A stretch of DNA of 64,000 nt from Planctomycetota bacterium (GCA_965228735.1 OZ245838.1:640001-704000), one strand, 5' to 3'; positions 40,263 through 50,798 are shown, numbered from the stretch's first letter. Program-made: numbers and translations. Notes: generated by a model not told the origin, from the letters alone.

Positions 40263-40895
40263 TCAGCCGATCTCGGCGCGGTTGACGACGACCTTGCTCA
40301 CCAGGCCGTATTCGAGCGCCTGGCCGGCGTCGAGCCAGAAGTCGCGGCGGGCGGACTCGAGGACGTCCTCGGCCTTCTTGCCGCACTCTTCCGCGATGAT
40401 GCGGTTGTAGCGGTCGCGCAGCTTCAGGATCTCCTTCGCCGTGATGTCGAGGTCGCTGGCCTGGCCGCGGCCCATCGTCGACGGCTGGTGGATCATGAAG
40501 CGGCTCTCACCCATGCAGAAGCGTCGCTCCTTCGGCGCGGCGAGCGCGATCAGGATGCCGGCGGACGCGCACAGGCCGTTCACGATCGTCTGCACGGGCG
40601 GCGCGATGAAGCGCAGCATGTCGTAGATCGCGAACCCCGCGTCGGCGCTGCCGCCGGGCGAGTTGATGAACACCTGGATCGGCGCGCTGCTGTCCTTCTG
40701 CTCCATCGCCATGCAGCGGATGGTCGCTTCCTTGAGCATCTTGTCGTCGACCGGGCCGCTGATCAGGATCGTGCGGGAGTCGAAGAGCGCCTTCTCGTAG
40801 GGGTTGGGGGTGGGCTTGTCCTGGTCCTTGGAGTCCTCCTCGTCGTCCAGCCGGAAGCCGCGGGGATCGAGATCGTCGTTCTGCATCGTTGTCAT
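40263..40895 (-). CDS. clpP: ATP-dependent Clp protease proteolytic subunit
   Basis: FINSPGGS, GLCASAG (Ser), MIHQP (His), RDFWL (Asp). Confidence 0.93.
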   Translation of the reverse strand: MTTMQNDDLDPRGFRLDDEEDSKDQDKPTPNPYEKALFDSRTILISGPVDDKMLKEATIRCMAMEQKDSSAPIQVFINSPGGSADAGFAIYDMLRFIAPPVQTIVNGLCASAGILIALAAPKERRFCMGESRFMIHQPSTMGRGQASDLDITAKEILKLRDRYNRIIAEECGKKAEDVLESARRDFWLDAGQALEYGLVSKVVVNRAEIG

Positions 40896-41138
40896 GGATG
40901 GAATGGCGGACTTCGCCAGGGCTTCCATCGGGTCTCGGCCGGCCGCGGGTTGAGGAGCAACGCGCTCCGAACGGCCCCGACCGCCGGTCTGCCTGGATAA
41001 CGCACGCTTCGGCACGCCGCAACCGTTGGAATCGCCCTGGAATCGCGCTGCCATCGACCGAATCGGCGGAACGGTGCGGTGGGGAACGGTTCGGGGCAGG
41101 CCGCGCGCGGCCGATCGAAAATTCAGCCGTGAAGCGGC

Positions 41139-41167
41139 TTGCGCCCGTCTCGGACCGTGGTTACCGT
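41139..41167 (+). promoter_or_regulatory. candidate sigma70 promoter for rho
   Basis: TTGCGC-N17-TACCGT. Confidence 0.45.
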
Positions 41168-41649
41168 GCCCGCCCGTAGTCGCGATTCCGCGTTTCGAAC
41201 GCGTCGCATTCGGGCTCGGCGTCCTCACGGCGCCCTCTTCGGCTCCGGCCCTTCCACACGAACGGCCCCCGATAAGCCCAATACTCGGCGCCTTCGACAC
41301 CGCTCCGCGACACGCGAGCAGGGGGTCGGCGCGTCACGTTGCCGGTCGTTTCGGTTCGGATTCTGGCACTCGCGCCAGGTCCAGCCGAGGGCATTGCCCA
41401 CGCATCTGCGTGGACGGCCCTCACACCGTTGCGGCCTTTGACACGTCCGTTCCTCGAAGAACGCGTTTCCCGGGTCGTTCCCGGGCGGCGCTTCGGCCTG
41501 AAGCCTCTCGATCCGGCCGGATTCATGGCGAGTTCGTCGTGGATTCACCCGGCTCTCGTGAGGTGTGGGCCGGCGACGGCCGCGCTCGGCGCGGGTCGCC
41601 AACTGCAGATGAGTCAGGATCGCGCGCGGACCACCCGCGCGGGATCGGG

Positions 41650-42993
41650 ATGCAACGCATGAGCATCAGCGAGAACGATTTCCAAGGGAGCTCCGAAACC
41701 TCGTCGTCGGATGGCGGCGGGGGTCCTGACCGCAAGCGCTGGCGCGGCGGGCGTCGGCGGCGCCGGCGTCGCGGTGGCGGCGGCGGTGGCGGCGGCGGCG
41801 GCGGCGGTGGGGGCGGCGGCGGAGGGGGCGGCGGCGGCCCCATCGAGGTCGAAGGCCCGACCGAAGAAGCCGTTGGCGTGCTCGAATACACCAAGGAGGG
41901 CAACGGCTGGCTGCGCAAGCGCGAGAACAGCTTCATGCCCGACGAGATCCCCAACGGCGACACGTTCGTCCCGTCGTCGCTGATCCGGCAGCACCGCCTG
42001 CAGGAAGGCAGCGAGATCATCGGCCAGGCCGGCCTGCCCAACCGCGGTCCGCAGCGCTACACGATGACGGAGATCACGACCGTCGACGGGATGGAGCCCG
42101 AAGAACGGCGCGAGGCCACGACGTTCCGCAACCTCACGGTCATCGACCCGGAGCCGATGTTCCAGCTCGCGCCTGGCGACGACGACGTCAGCCTGCGCAT
42201 CGTCGACCTGCTGTGTCCGCTCGGCTACGGCCAGCGCGGCCTCGTCGTCGCGCCGCCGCGCTCGGGCAAGACGGTCCTGATGCAGAAGATCTGCAACGCG
42301 ATCAGCGAGCGCTACCCCGACGTGCACATGATGGTGCTGCTCATCGACGAGCGGCCCGAAGAGGCGACCGGCTGGCGGCGCAGCGTCGAGGGCGAGAATC
42401 GCGAGGTGCTCGTGAGCACGCTCGACGAGGGCCCCAAACACCACATCGCGGTCAGCGAGATCTGCATGAAGCGCGCGCACCGTCTCGTCGAGACGGGCCG
42501 CGACGTCGTGATCCTGCTCGACTCGATCACGCGATTGACCCGCGCCTACAACAGCGCGATGGGCGGCCGCGGCGGCGGCACGATGTCGGGCGGCCTCGGC
42601 AGCAAGGTGCTCGAGGCGCCGAAGAAGTTCTTCGGTTCGGCTCGCAAGTGCGAGGAGGGCGGCTCGCTCACGATCCTCGCCACGACGCTCGTCGACACCG
42701 GTTCGCGCATGGACCAGGTCATCTTCGAGGAGTTCAAGGGCACCGGCAACATGGAGCTCGTGCTCAACCGGCAGCTCGCCGAACGCCGCATCTTCCCGGC
42801 GATCGACATCGAGGCGTCGGGCACGCGCAAGGAGGAGCTGCTGCTCGGTCCCGACAACACGCAGCGCATCTACACGCTGCGCCGCGTGCTCTCGCGCATG
42901 AACGCGCTCGACGCGATGCCGCTCCTCATCGACCGCCTGATGAAGACCGACGGCAACCAGGACTTCCTCGATTCGTTCCGGCTGGACGAGTAG
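41650..42993 (+). CDS. rho: transcription termination factor Rho with Arg-rich/poly-Gly N-terminus
   Basis: GVLE...GWLR RNA-binding domain, GQRGLVVAPPRSGKT, LIDERPEE, DSITRL, FEEFKGTGN, SGTRKEELL. Confidence 0.95.
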   Translation: MQRMSISENDFQGSSETSSSDGGGGPDRKRWRGGRRRRRRRGGGGGGGGGGGGGGGGGGGGGGPIEVEGPTEEAVGVLEYTKEGNGWLRKRENSFMPDEIPNGDTFVPSSLIRQHRLQEGSEIIGQAGLPNRGPQRYTMTEITTVDGMEPEERREATTFRNLTVIDPEPMFQLAPGDDDVSLRIVDLLCPLGYGQRGLVVAPPRSGKTVLMQKICNAISERYPDVHMMVLLIDERPEEATGWRRSVEGENREVLVSTLDEGPKHHIAVSEICMKRAHRLVETGRDVVILLDSITRLTRAYNSAMGGRGGGTMSGGLGSKVLEAPKKFFGSARKCEEGGSLTILATTLVDTGSRMDQVIFEEFKGTGNMELVLNRQLAERRIFPAIDIEASGTRKEELLLGPDNTQRIYTLRRVLSRMNALDAMPLLIDRLMKTDGNQDFLDSFRLDE

Positions 42994-43128
42994 CGCGCCG
43001 CGCGCACGAGTGACCCCGGGCCGCGACCGCTGCTATGGGCGATGGGGTCGCGGCCCCCGCAAACTTCCCTTGCCGATTCCGGAGTTCTGACGGGTCGGCA
43101 TCGTTCCTCGCCAGATTTTCGAGGCAGC

Positions 43129-44082
43129 ATGATCGAGGTTCAGGTTCTCGAGAAGTCGTATGGCTTCGCCCGCGCGCTGAAGGGCATCTCCTTTTCGGTG
43201 CAGAAGGGCGAGGTCATCGGATTCCTCGGTCCCAACGGGGCCGGCAAGTCGACGACGATGAAGATCCTCACCGGCTACCTCCTGCCCACGGGCGGGTCGG
43301 CGTCGGTCGCGGGGCTCGACGTCGTCGATCATTCGCTCAAGGTGCGCCGCAGCATCGGCTACCTGCCCGAGACCACGCCGCTCTACGGCGAGATGCGGGT
43401 CGACGACTACCTGCGCTTCGTCGCGGAGATCCGCGGCGTCGGCTTCGGCAAGCGCAAGGCCGCGATCGCGCGCGCCGTCGAGCTCTGCGGGCTCCAGCGG
43501 GTCACCGGCAAGAACATCAACGAGCTGTCCAAGGGTTACCGGCAGCGCGTCGGGCTCGCCCAGGCGATCGTCCACGAGCCGCCCGTGCTCGTGCTCGACG
43601 AGCCGACCTCGGGTCTCGATCCCAACCAGATCGTCGAGGTGCGCAAGCTCATCCGGCGGCTCGGCGAGGAGCACACGGTCGTGCTCAGCACGCACTACCT
43701 GCAAGAGGTCGAGAAGAGCTGCTCGCGCGTGATCATCATCAACCAGGGCGACATCGTCGCGGACGGCACGCAGGGCGAGCTCATCGCGCAGCGACCGGCC
43801 GGCGGGCTGCGCGCGCGCGTGCGCGGGCCGCAGGACCAGGTGCTGGCGCGGGTGCAGGAGTCGTTGCCCGGCTGTGACGCCAAGGTCGTCGGCCAGGCCG
43901 GTGACGCCGTCGACTACGAACTGTCGGCCGGCACCGATTCGGCGCCCGTCGAGCAGGCGTTCAGCCGGCTCGTCGTGCAGAACGGCTGGGACCTGCTCGA
44001 GCTCGTGCGCGAACGCGCGACCCTCGAGGACGTGTTCCGTTCCCTGACGCAGGAAGCCGCCCGGGAGGCCCTCCATGCTTGA
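43129..44082 (+). CDS. ABC transporter ATP-binding protein (GldA-like)
   Basis: GPNGAGKSTT, LSKGYRQR, LDEPT, STH. Confidence 0.93.
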   Translation: MIEVQVLEKSYGFARALKGISFSVQKGEVIGFLGPNGAGKSTTMKILTGYLLPTGGSASVAGLDVVDHSLKVRRSIGYLPETTPLYGEMRVDDYLRFVAEIRGVGFGKRKAAIARAVELCGLQRVTGKNINELSKGYRQRVGLAQAIVHEPPVLVLDEPTSGLDPNQIVEVRKLIRRLGEEHTVVLSTHYLQEVEKSCSRVIIINQGDIVADGTQGELIAQRPAGGLRARVRGPQDQVLARVQESLPGCDAKVVGQAGDAVDYELSAGTDSAPVEQAFSRLVVQNGWDLLELVRERATLEDVFRSLTQEAAREALHA

Positions 44083-44812
44083 TACCGCCGTCATCCTGCG
44101 ACGCGAGCTGAAGAGCTACTTCCTCTCGCCGATCGCCTACGTCTTCGGCGTGCTGCTGCTCGGTGTCCTGCTGTTCTTCGCGTCGCGCTCGCTCATGGAC
44201 GGCGCGCCCGCGACGATGCAGGGCTTCTTCGCGCTGCTGCCGCTGATCCTCGTGGTCTTCGTGCCCGGCCTCACGATGCGGCTGTGGGCCGAGGAGCAGA
44301 AGCTCGGCACGATCCAGCTCCTGATGACGTTCCCGGTGCGGACGTTCGAGCTCGTGCTCGGCAAGTTCTTCGCGGCCGTCATCTTCCTCGCGTTCATCCT
44401 CGCGCTCACGTTCGGGCTGCCGCTCACGATCGGTGCCTACGGCGAGATCGACTGGGTGCCGACGCTCGGTGCCTACGTCGCGAGCGTGCTGTTCGCGAGC
44501 AGCTTCATCGCGGTCGGCATGTTCTGGTCGAGCACGACCTCGGACCAGATCGTCGCGCTGCTGCTGTCCCTCGTGTCGCTCGCGGTGCTCTACGCGCTCG
44601 GCTACCCGGTGCTCATCGACCTGCTCACGGGTGCGGGCTGGGTGCCGGGTTGGTTCATCGACATCGTGAACGGCATCAGCCCGTTCAAGTACTTCGTCAG
44701 CATCTCGCGCGGTGTCATCGACACGCGCGACATCGTCTACTTCGCCTGTTTCTGCGGGTTCTTCCTCTACGCCAACGCGATGGTCCTCAACGGCCGTCGT
44801 CACACGGGGTGA
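44075..44812 (+). CDS. ABC-2 permease (GldF-like)
   Basis: RRELKSYFLSPIAY, TMRLWAEE..GTIQLLMT, GVIDTRD. Confidence 0.9.
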   Translation: MLDTAVILRRELKSYFLSPIAYVFGVLLLGVLLFFASRSLMDGAPATMQGFFALLPLILVVFVPGLTMRLWAEEQKLGTIQLLMTFPVRTFELVLGKFFAAVIFLAFILALTFGLPLTIGAYGEIDWVPTLGAYVASVLFASSFIAVGMFWSSTTSDQIVALLLSLVSLAVLYALGYPVLIDLLTGAGWVPGWFIDIVNGISPFKYFVSISRGVIDTRDIVYFACFCGFFLYANAMVLNGRRHTG

Positions 44813-44817
44813 TCGCC

Positions 44818-46989
44818 ATGAACCTGTCCACGAACAACGATTCGATCGATCGGCCGAAGCAGCTCGGCGGCGCGCTCGCCACGGCGGTGCATGCGCTGCT
44901 GCTCGTCGTCATCCTCGGTCAGGTCGTCTACCTCGCATCGCGCTACCGCATGCGATGGGACCTGACGTCCGATCAGCGGTGGTCCCTGACCGATTCGACG
45001 CGCAACATCGTCGAGGGTCTCAGCAAGCAACTGCTCGTCGAGGCCTACTTCAGCCCGGCCGAGGACCTGCCGGTCACGATGCGCGCGACGCGCACCGTGC
45101 TCGACAACTTCCTCGACGAGCTCACGCAGCTCGGCAAGGGCCGCGTGGTGATCCAGCGCTACGATCCCAACAGCGACAAGGCGATCAGCGACCGCTGCAC
45201 GCGCATCGGCGTCAAGCCGGTGGACCTGCGCGGGGCCTCGGCGACGTCGTTCTCCGTCGATCGCCACTGGCAGGGGCTGCGCATCGTCTTCGGCGGCAGC
45301 AAGCAGAAGGTCATCGCGCAGCTCGCGCCGCAGGCGAGCTCGCAGGCCGAGATGCTGATCACGCGCGCGATCAAGGAGGTCGTGACGACCGAGAAGACGC
45401 AGTTCGGCTACATGGAGTGGCCGGTCAGCGAGCCCGGTCAACAGCAGGGTCTCGGCTGGAACGCGCTGCGGACGATCGAGGACATCGCGCGGCGCTTCAG
45501 CTTCCAGAACTACAAGAGCGAGGACGCGCCGCTGATCCCGGAGGACGTCGACACGCTGTTCCTGTTCCGGCCGAAGGACCTGACCGATCGCGAGAAGTAC
45601 GTGCTCGATCAGTTCGTCGTCGGTGGCGGCACGCTCGTCGTGTTCGCGGACGCGAGCCAGTACCGGATCGGGCAGCAGCGCGCGTTCTCGAGCGTGCCGC
45701 TGGCACTCGACTCGGGTGACAGCAAGACATCGTTCATCGCGCAGCTCAACTCGTACGGCGTCGATTGGAAGCCCAAGGTCGTTGCCGACATGGCGCGGGT
45801 CGCGCACACGCCGCGTAACATGGGACAGGGCTACGAGTACTTCGCGGTCCCGACGCAGACGCCGTTCGGGCCCCAGATGCGGCCCGTGCCGTATCCGTAC
45901 TTCTTCCATCCGGTGCCGACCGACTGGTCCGAGCAGGCCGCGCAGTTCGCGCGTGATCCGGCGACCGGCGAGGTCGACGAGGCGATCGTCGCGCAGATCG
46001 AGAAGACTGCGAAGCCGGGCTTCCCGAACGACGAGTTCGTGTTCTCGCAGTTCAAGCGCGTGAACGCGGGCCCGGGCTTCTACTGGCCGACGTGGGTCGG
46101 CCTGCGGCGCAAGGCCGGTGGTGAGCTCGATCTGCCGGCCGGCATCGAGGGTGAGGTCCACCTGTGGTCGTCGCCGGGCGCGCTCGTCGAGGACCCGCCG
46201 CAGATGCTCAACCCGGTCGGCTTCGGCGACCCGCGGGCGCAGCAGCAGGAGCTGCAGAAGTTCTTCGCCAAGCTCAACGGCCGCTTCGCCGCGGAGCCGC
46301 GCATGCAGGCGCCGCTGATGTGTGAGGTGCGCGGCAAGTTCCGCTCGTTCTTCAGCAGTGGCGATCGCCCGCTGCGGCCGTCGGAGGTCAAGGAGCAGGA
46401 GGCCCGGGCCGCTGCCGAGGCGCGCGCGGCCGAGAAGGCCGCGGCCGAGGAAGGCGGCGAGGGTGAGGAGGCTGCTCCCGAGAAGCCCAGCCCCGAGAAG
46501 CCCAGCGCCGAAGAGGTCGGGCCGCCATCGCCGGAGGCCCCGGCCGGCGCCGACGCCGAGCCCGAGATCCCGATCGCCGACCCCGAACGCGACCGCGTCG
46601 TCGCCGCCGAGGAGCCGGGTCGGATCATCATGATCGGCGACAGCGACTTCATCCGCGACGATCTCGTGCGCGGCCAGTACGCCCAGCTCGGCGGCCCGGC
46701 GTCGCTGCGCGGCGGCGCGTTCTTCAACGGGCTGCTCGAGTGGCTGGCCGAGGACGACGACCTCGTCGCGCTGCAGGCGCGCCAGCCGATCGACCGCACG
46801 CTCAAGCTCATGGAGGATCCGCCGCCCGGCGCCGATCCGCGGGACGTCGAGCGCGACCTCAATAGAAAGACGATGGCGCTGCGCGGCGTGAACGTGCTGC
46901 TGCCGTGTCTGCTGCTCGGGGCCTTCGGCCTCATGGTGTTCCTGCTGCGCCGGAGCCAGAAGCGCAGCTTCCTCGAGTCGCTCAACTGA
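44818..46989 (+). CDS. GldG-family ABC auxiliary component
   Basis: RWDLT...SLTDST, LDQFVVGGG, IIMIGDSDF, C-terminal TM; acidic Pro-rich insert. Confidence 0.85.
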   Translation: MNLSTNNDSIDRPKQLGGALATAVHALLLVVILGQVVYLASRYRMRWDLTSDQRWSLTDSTRNIVEGLSKQLLVEAYFSPAEDLPVTMRATRTVLDNFLDELTQLGKGRVVIQRYDPNSDKAISDRCTRIGVKPVDLRGASATSFSVDRHWQGLRIVFGGSKQKVIAQLAPQASSQAEMLITRAIKEVVTTEKTQFGYMEWPVSEPGQQQGLGWNALRTIEDIARRFSFQNYKSEDAPLIPEDVDTLFLFRPKDLTDREKYVLDQFVVGGGTLVVFADASQYRIGQQRAFSSVPLALDSGDSKTSFIAQLNSYGVDWKPKVVADMARVAHTPRNMGQGYEYFAVPTQTPFGPQMRPVPYPYFFHPVPTDWSEQAAQFARDPATGEVDEAIVAQIEKTAKPGFPNDEFVFSQFKRVNAGPGFYWPTWVGLRRKAGGELDLPAGIEGEVHLWSSPGALVEDPPQMLNPVGFGDPRAQQQELQKFFAKLNGRFAAEPRMQAPLMCEVRGKFRSFFSSGDRPLRPSEVKEQEARAAAEARAAEKAAAEEGGEGEEAAPEKPSPEKPSAEEVGPPSPEAPAGADAEPEIPIADPERDRVVAAEEPGRIIMIGDSDFIRDDLVRGQYAQLGGPASLRGGAFFNGLLEWLAEDDDLVALQARQPIDRTLKLMEDPPPGADPRDVERDLNRKTMALRGVNVLLPCLLLGAFGLMVFLLRRSQKRSFLESLN

Positions 46990-47003
46990 AGGGGGTCGAG
47001 ATC

Positions 47004-48176
47004 ATGATGAAGTCCAACGTCACCCTGCTCGTCATCGCCGGCGTGCTCGCGATCCCGACCGGGATCCAGCTCTACAGCGACGCCGAGTCGTTCGTCGACT
47101 ACTCGCGCATCCCGCTGATGTTCGACGGGCTCACGACCGAGAACGTCGGCGTGATCCAGATCGCCGTTCCGAAGGACGAGCAGCCCGCGCCCAACCCCCA
47201 GAAGCCTGATCAGAAGGTCCCGGTCGCCTACGACCAGCTCATGCTGCAGCGCGGCGAGAAGGGCTGGGTGGTGTCCCAGACGCCGCAGGCGCCGAACAAG
47301 CTCGCGGGCGCGCCGGTCAACGGCACGCGCGTCGAACGTGACGTGTTCGATCACCTGCTCAAGATCCGGGTCGATCAGCGCACGATCATCCAGGCCAACG
47401 CGACGCCCGAGCAGCTCGAGGAGTACGGCCTCGACGAGAAGAGCGCGACGCTGATCCGCTGCCGGGACAAGACCAACCAGAACGACGTCGCGGCGCTCTA
47501 CGTCGGCGCGGACGCCGCGGGCAAGCTCACCGGCACCGAGGGTGTTCGCGGCGTGTTCGTGCGGCGGCACGACAGCAACGACGTCGTGCTCTACGAGTTC
47601 GACAAGGGCTGGCTGCGCGACATCGCGACCGATCAGTGGGTCGACCGGGTGCTGCTCAAGGTCGCGCCCGAAGCCGTGACGCGGCTCTCGATCACCAATC
47701 AGTCGACGGGCGGCAAGCCGGTCGTGCTCGAACGCGAGCCCGGCAAGTCGGCGTGGACCTGCGCCGCGCCGCCGGCGGACCGCGGCGCCGTGCGTCAGGC
47801 CGAGATCGAGGGCATCCTCGCGCGGCTGCGCTACATCGCGATCACCGAGTTCCGTCGCCCGCTCCAGCAGGCCGGCAACCTCGCGGTGATGGGATTGCAG
47901 CCGCCGCAGATCCAGTTCGAGATCACGTTCAAGGACGGGGACACGGACCGGACCGCGACGTTCGCCGTTGGCAACCGACTCGACGGTGACGCGAACACCC
48001 ATTACCTCACGAGCTCGGAGGCGCCGTTCCTCATGACGTGGCCCGCCGCGATGGCGACCGCGCTGCAGCTCGACATCCCGAACGCCTGGTTCGACCCGGC
48101 CGGCGCCCCGACGAACGTCCCGGCAGCCGGCAATGGCGGCGGCGACGGCAAGAACGGCGGCGACAAGGGCAAGTGA
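47004..48176 (+). CDS. DUF4340-domain protein
   Basis: N-terminal TM, LEEYGLD and MGLQPP motifs; usual position after gldG-like gene. Confidence 0.7.
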   Translation: MMKSNVTLLVIAGVLAIPTGIQLYSDAESFVDYSRIPLMFDGLTTENVGVIQIAVPKDEQPAPNPQKPDQKVPVAYDQLMLQRGEKGWVVSQTPQAPNKLAGAPVNGTRVERDVFDHLLKIRVDQRTIIQANATPEQLEEYGLDEKSATLIRCRDKTNQNDVAALYVGADAAGKLTGTEGVRGVFVRRHDSNDVVLYEFDKGWLRDIATDQWVDRVLLKVAPEAVTRLSITNQSTGGKPVVLEREPGKSAWTCAAPPADRGAVRQAEIEGILARLRYIAITEFRRPLQQAGNLAVMGLQPPQIQFEITFKDGDTDRTATFAVGNRLDGDANTHYLTSSEAPFLMTWPAAMATALQLDIPNAWFDPAGAPTNVPAAGNGGGDGKNGGDKGK

Positions 48177-48471
48177 CGCCTGGCGCGGGTTGACCGTGGG
48201 GGGGCAGATCGTCACCCCACAGGCCCACCCCGTTGGGGCAATCCCGTGGTCCTGAAGTCGACGAACTGCCGAGTCCCGGCGCGAGACCGGACGCCGATCG
48301 ACCGGCGCCACGGTCCGCTCGCCGCTCACGGGGGACCCCGCGGGGGCCCGAACGGACGGCAGCAGCATCGCGGTCGATGATCGCGGCCGATGACCCCACC
48401 GGCTCCTCCTTCTGAGTTGGCCGGGGTCACGGCGCGTTGCCGTGGCTCCGGCCGTTTTTATAGTGTGGGTC

Positions 48472-49893
48472 GTGCAGCCAGCGACTCCGGCAGCGAATTC
48501 GATCGACGCGGGGGCGACCGCGGAGCGCCGCCGTCTCCTGCGGTTCACCGCGCGACTGCGGCGCCATCACCTGCTGTGCGCGGGTCTCGCGGGTGCCGTC
48601 CGGGCGGCGCTCTGGTGCGCGTTGCCGGTCGCCGTCGCCGTCTGGCTGTCTCCGGGTGCGCAGTCCGCGGTCCTGAGCGGTTTGCTGTTCGCGACGCTCT
48701 TCGGCGCCGGCCTCGCCGCGTGGCGCGTGCGCGGCCTCGCCGCGGAGCAGCTGCTCGCCGTTCGCGTCGCGGCGTCCGGCAGGGGCAGTCTGCCGCGCGG
48801 CGAGGTCGAGCACGACCCCGAGCTCGCGCGACTCGGCGATGGCCTCGCGACCTGGCTCGAGCACGAACCGCGCGCCGCGTCGCGCCCGCTGCTCGGATGG
48901 CTGACGCACGAGCTCGATCGCGCGGTCGCGGCGCTGCCGGCGGGGCGGGCGCGTTCGGCCGGCTCGCGTCGACTCGGCCGGCTGCGCTGGGCGCTCGTTC
49001 TGCTCGTGTTGCTGCTGCTCGCGTGGCTGCTGCTGCAGTTCTGGCAACCGCCGTGGCCCGGTCTGCTCGGAGGGCGGCCCGATCGCGCCGCGGACGGGGC
49101 GGGTGGCGTCGCCATCGGCGCCGGCGGCGGTGTCGGCGTGCCGGGGGACTTCGGCGGCAGCGGTGGGGCCGCCGGCGAGTCCGGTGAAGGCAGCGACGGC
49201 ACGGGCACGGACGGCACCGGCTCCACCCAGCCCGACCCGAACGAGCCCGGCGCGGAGCCCGGTCCGGGGCAGCCCGATCCGAAGGTTGCGGGCGAGCAGC
49301 CGCAGCCGAACGCGCCCGCGACCGGCGAGTCGAACCCGCCCGGTCCGACGACGCCCGGAGGCGGGGACCCGCAGTCCAACGAGCCCGAGCCGAACTCGAC
49401 CGGACCTGGTCAGTCGGAAGGACCCCAACCCGAGCCACCCCAACCCGAGCAACCCCAGCCCGAGCAACCCCAGCCCGAGCAGCCCCAGCCCGAGCAGCCG
49501 CAACAAGAAGACCCGAAACCGCCCCAACCCGAGGATCCCCAGCCCGAAGACCCGAACGATCCCGACGCGGCCGGTCCGAGCGCCGAGCCCGCGCCGTTGC
49601 TCGACCTGCCGAAGGACCACCGGTTCGTCGTCCCGGAGTTCATCGGCGAGGGGCCGACGCAGCGCGTGCGGGTGCACGCGGCCGAGGTCGGCGGCTCGGG
49701 CGGAGACGGCGGCGGCAGTCAGGCCGGCGGCCAGCGTCGCGCCGCGGCCGAGCGACCCGAGAAGCCGCCGGAGCCCGACGCCGAGACCTTCCGTCGCGCC
49801 GAGGAGGCTGCGCGCGCGGCGCGCCACGTGCCGGCGGCCGAGCGACCGATCGTGCGCCGGTTCTTCGAGTTGTTGCGCGAGGCCGCGAAGTGA
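48472..49893 (+). CDS. membrane protein with long Gly/Pro/Gln/Glu low-complexity region
   Basis: TM segments, PQPEQ repeats, C-terminal VPAAERPIVRRFF typical of MoxR/VWA-locus accessory proteins; TATAGT-N7-GTG start. Confidence 0.7.
   Translation: MQPATPAANSIDAGATAERRRLLRFTARLRRHHLLCAGLAGAVRAALWCALPVAVAVWLSPGAQSAVLSGLLFATLFGAGLAAWRVRGLAAEQLLAVRVAASGRGSLPRGEVEHDPELARLGDGLATWLEHEPRAASRPLLGWLTHELDRAVAALPAGRARSAGSRRLGRLRWALVLLVLLLLAWLLLQFWQPPWPGLLGGRPDRAADGAGGVAIGAGGGVGVPGDFGGSGGAAGESGEGSDGTGTDGTGSTQPDPNEPGAEPGPGQPDPKVAGEQPQPNAPATGESNPPGPTTPGGGDPQSNEPEPNSTGPGQSEGPQPEPPQPEQPQPEQPQPEQPQPEQPQQEDPKPPQPEDPQPEDPNDPDAAGPSAEPAPLLDLPKDHRFVVPEFIGEGPTQRVRVHAAEVGGSGGDGGGSQAGGQRRAAAERPEKPPEPDAETFRRAEEAARAARHVPAAERPIVRRFFELLREAAK
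49423..49512 (+). repeat. coding 15-bp tandem repeat (PQPEQ-like x6)
   Basis: CCCCA(A/G)CCCGAGCA(A/G) units. Confidence 0.85.
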
Positions 49894-50798
49894 ATCGCCG
49901 CGGGCTCCCGGTGCTGCCGACGATCGCGGAGCCGTTCCCCGCGGCGTTCCGCGACCTGTTGCGCGAGATCCTGTCGCGCGGCCCGCGGCTGCACGGCGAC
50001 CGCGTCGAGCAGCTGCCGCGCCGCCGGGCGGCGTACGGCACGAGCGGCACGTTCGCGGGTCATCGACCCTACGTGTGCGGGGACGACCTGCGGCGGCTCG
50101 ACTGGGCCGCGTACGCGCGCAGCGACGAACTCTTCATCAAACAGCTCGAGGAAGAGGAACGGCGCGTCGCGACCATCCTGCTCGACCTGTCGCCGCGGCT
50201 CGCGGTCGGCACTCCGCCGCGCCGGCTCGCGGCGCTGCGACTCGCGGCCGTGATCGGCGGCCTCGCGCTGCGGCATCTCGACGGCCTGACGGTGATCGCG
50301 CCCGGCGCGGACGGCACCGCGGTGAGCACGTTCGCTGGCGTCGCCGACATCGACCGGCTGCTCACGGTGCTCACGGAGCTGCCGTTCGTCGACGCCGATC
50401 CGGACGCGGGCATGCCGCTCGTTCTGCGGCACGGCACGCGCGGCCGGGTGCATTGGCTCAGCGACTTCACCGATCCGCGCGCCGCCGAACGCGCGCTCGG
50501 TCTGCTGCGACGCCGCGGCGGCCGCGCGATCGGCTGGTTGCCGAGCCTGCCCGAGGACCGGGAGCCGCCGCAGCAGGGCTACGTCGAGGTCGCCGATCCC
50601 GTGACGGGCGAACGACTCGTGCTCACGGTCGACCGCGCGCTGCGGGCCGCGATGCAGCGCGAGCTCGACGTGCTGCGGCGCGCGCAGGATCGCGTGTTCG
50701 CGCAGAGCGGCTGCGCGCTCGTGCGCTGGCCCGTGCCGCCCGAGGGCGACGTGAGCTGGCGCACGTACGAGGAGGTCCTGCGACAGTGCCGGACCTGA
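49890..50798 (+). CDS. DUF58 family protein
   Basis: FAGHRPY..GDDLRRLDWAAYARS, ILLDLS, LSDF. Confidence 0.88.
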   Translation: MNRRGLPVLPTIAEPFPAAFRDLLREILSRGPRLHGDRVEQLPRRRAAYGTSGTFAGHRPYVCGDDLRRLDWAAYARSDELFIKQLEEEERRVATILLDLSPRLAVGTPPRRLAALRLAAVIGGLALRHLDGLTVIAPGADGTAVSTFAGVADIDRLLTVLTELPFVDADPDAGMPLVLRHGTRGRVHWLSDFTDPRAAERALGLLRRRGGRAIGWLPSLPEDREPPQQGYVEVADPVTGERLVLTVDRALRAAMQRELDVLRRAQDRVFAQSGCALVRWPVPPEGDVSWRTYEEVLRQCRT

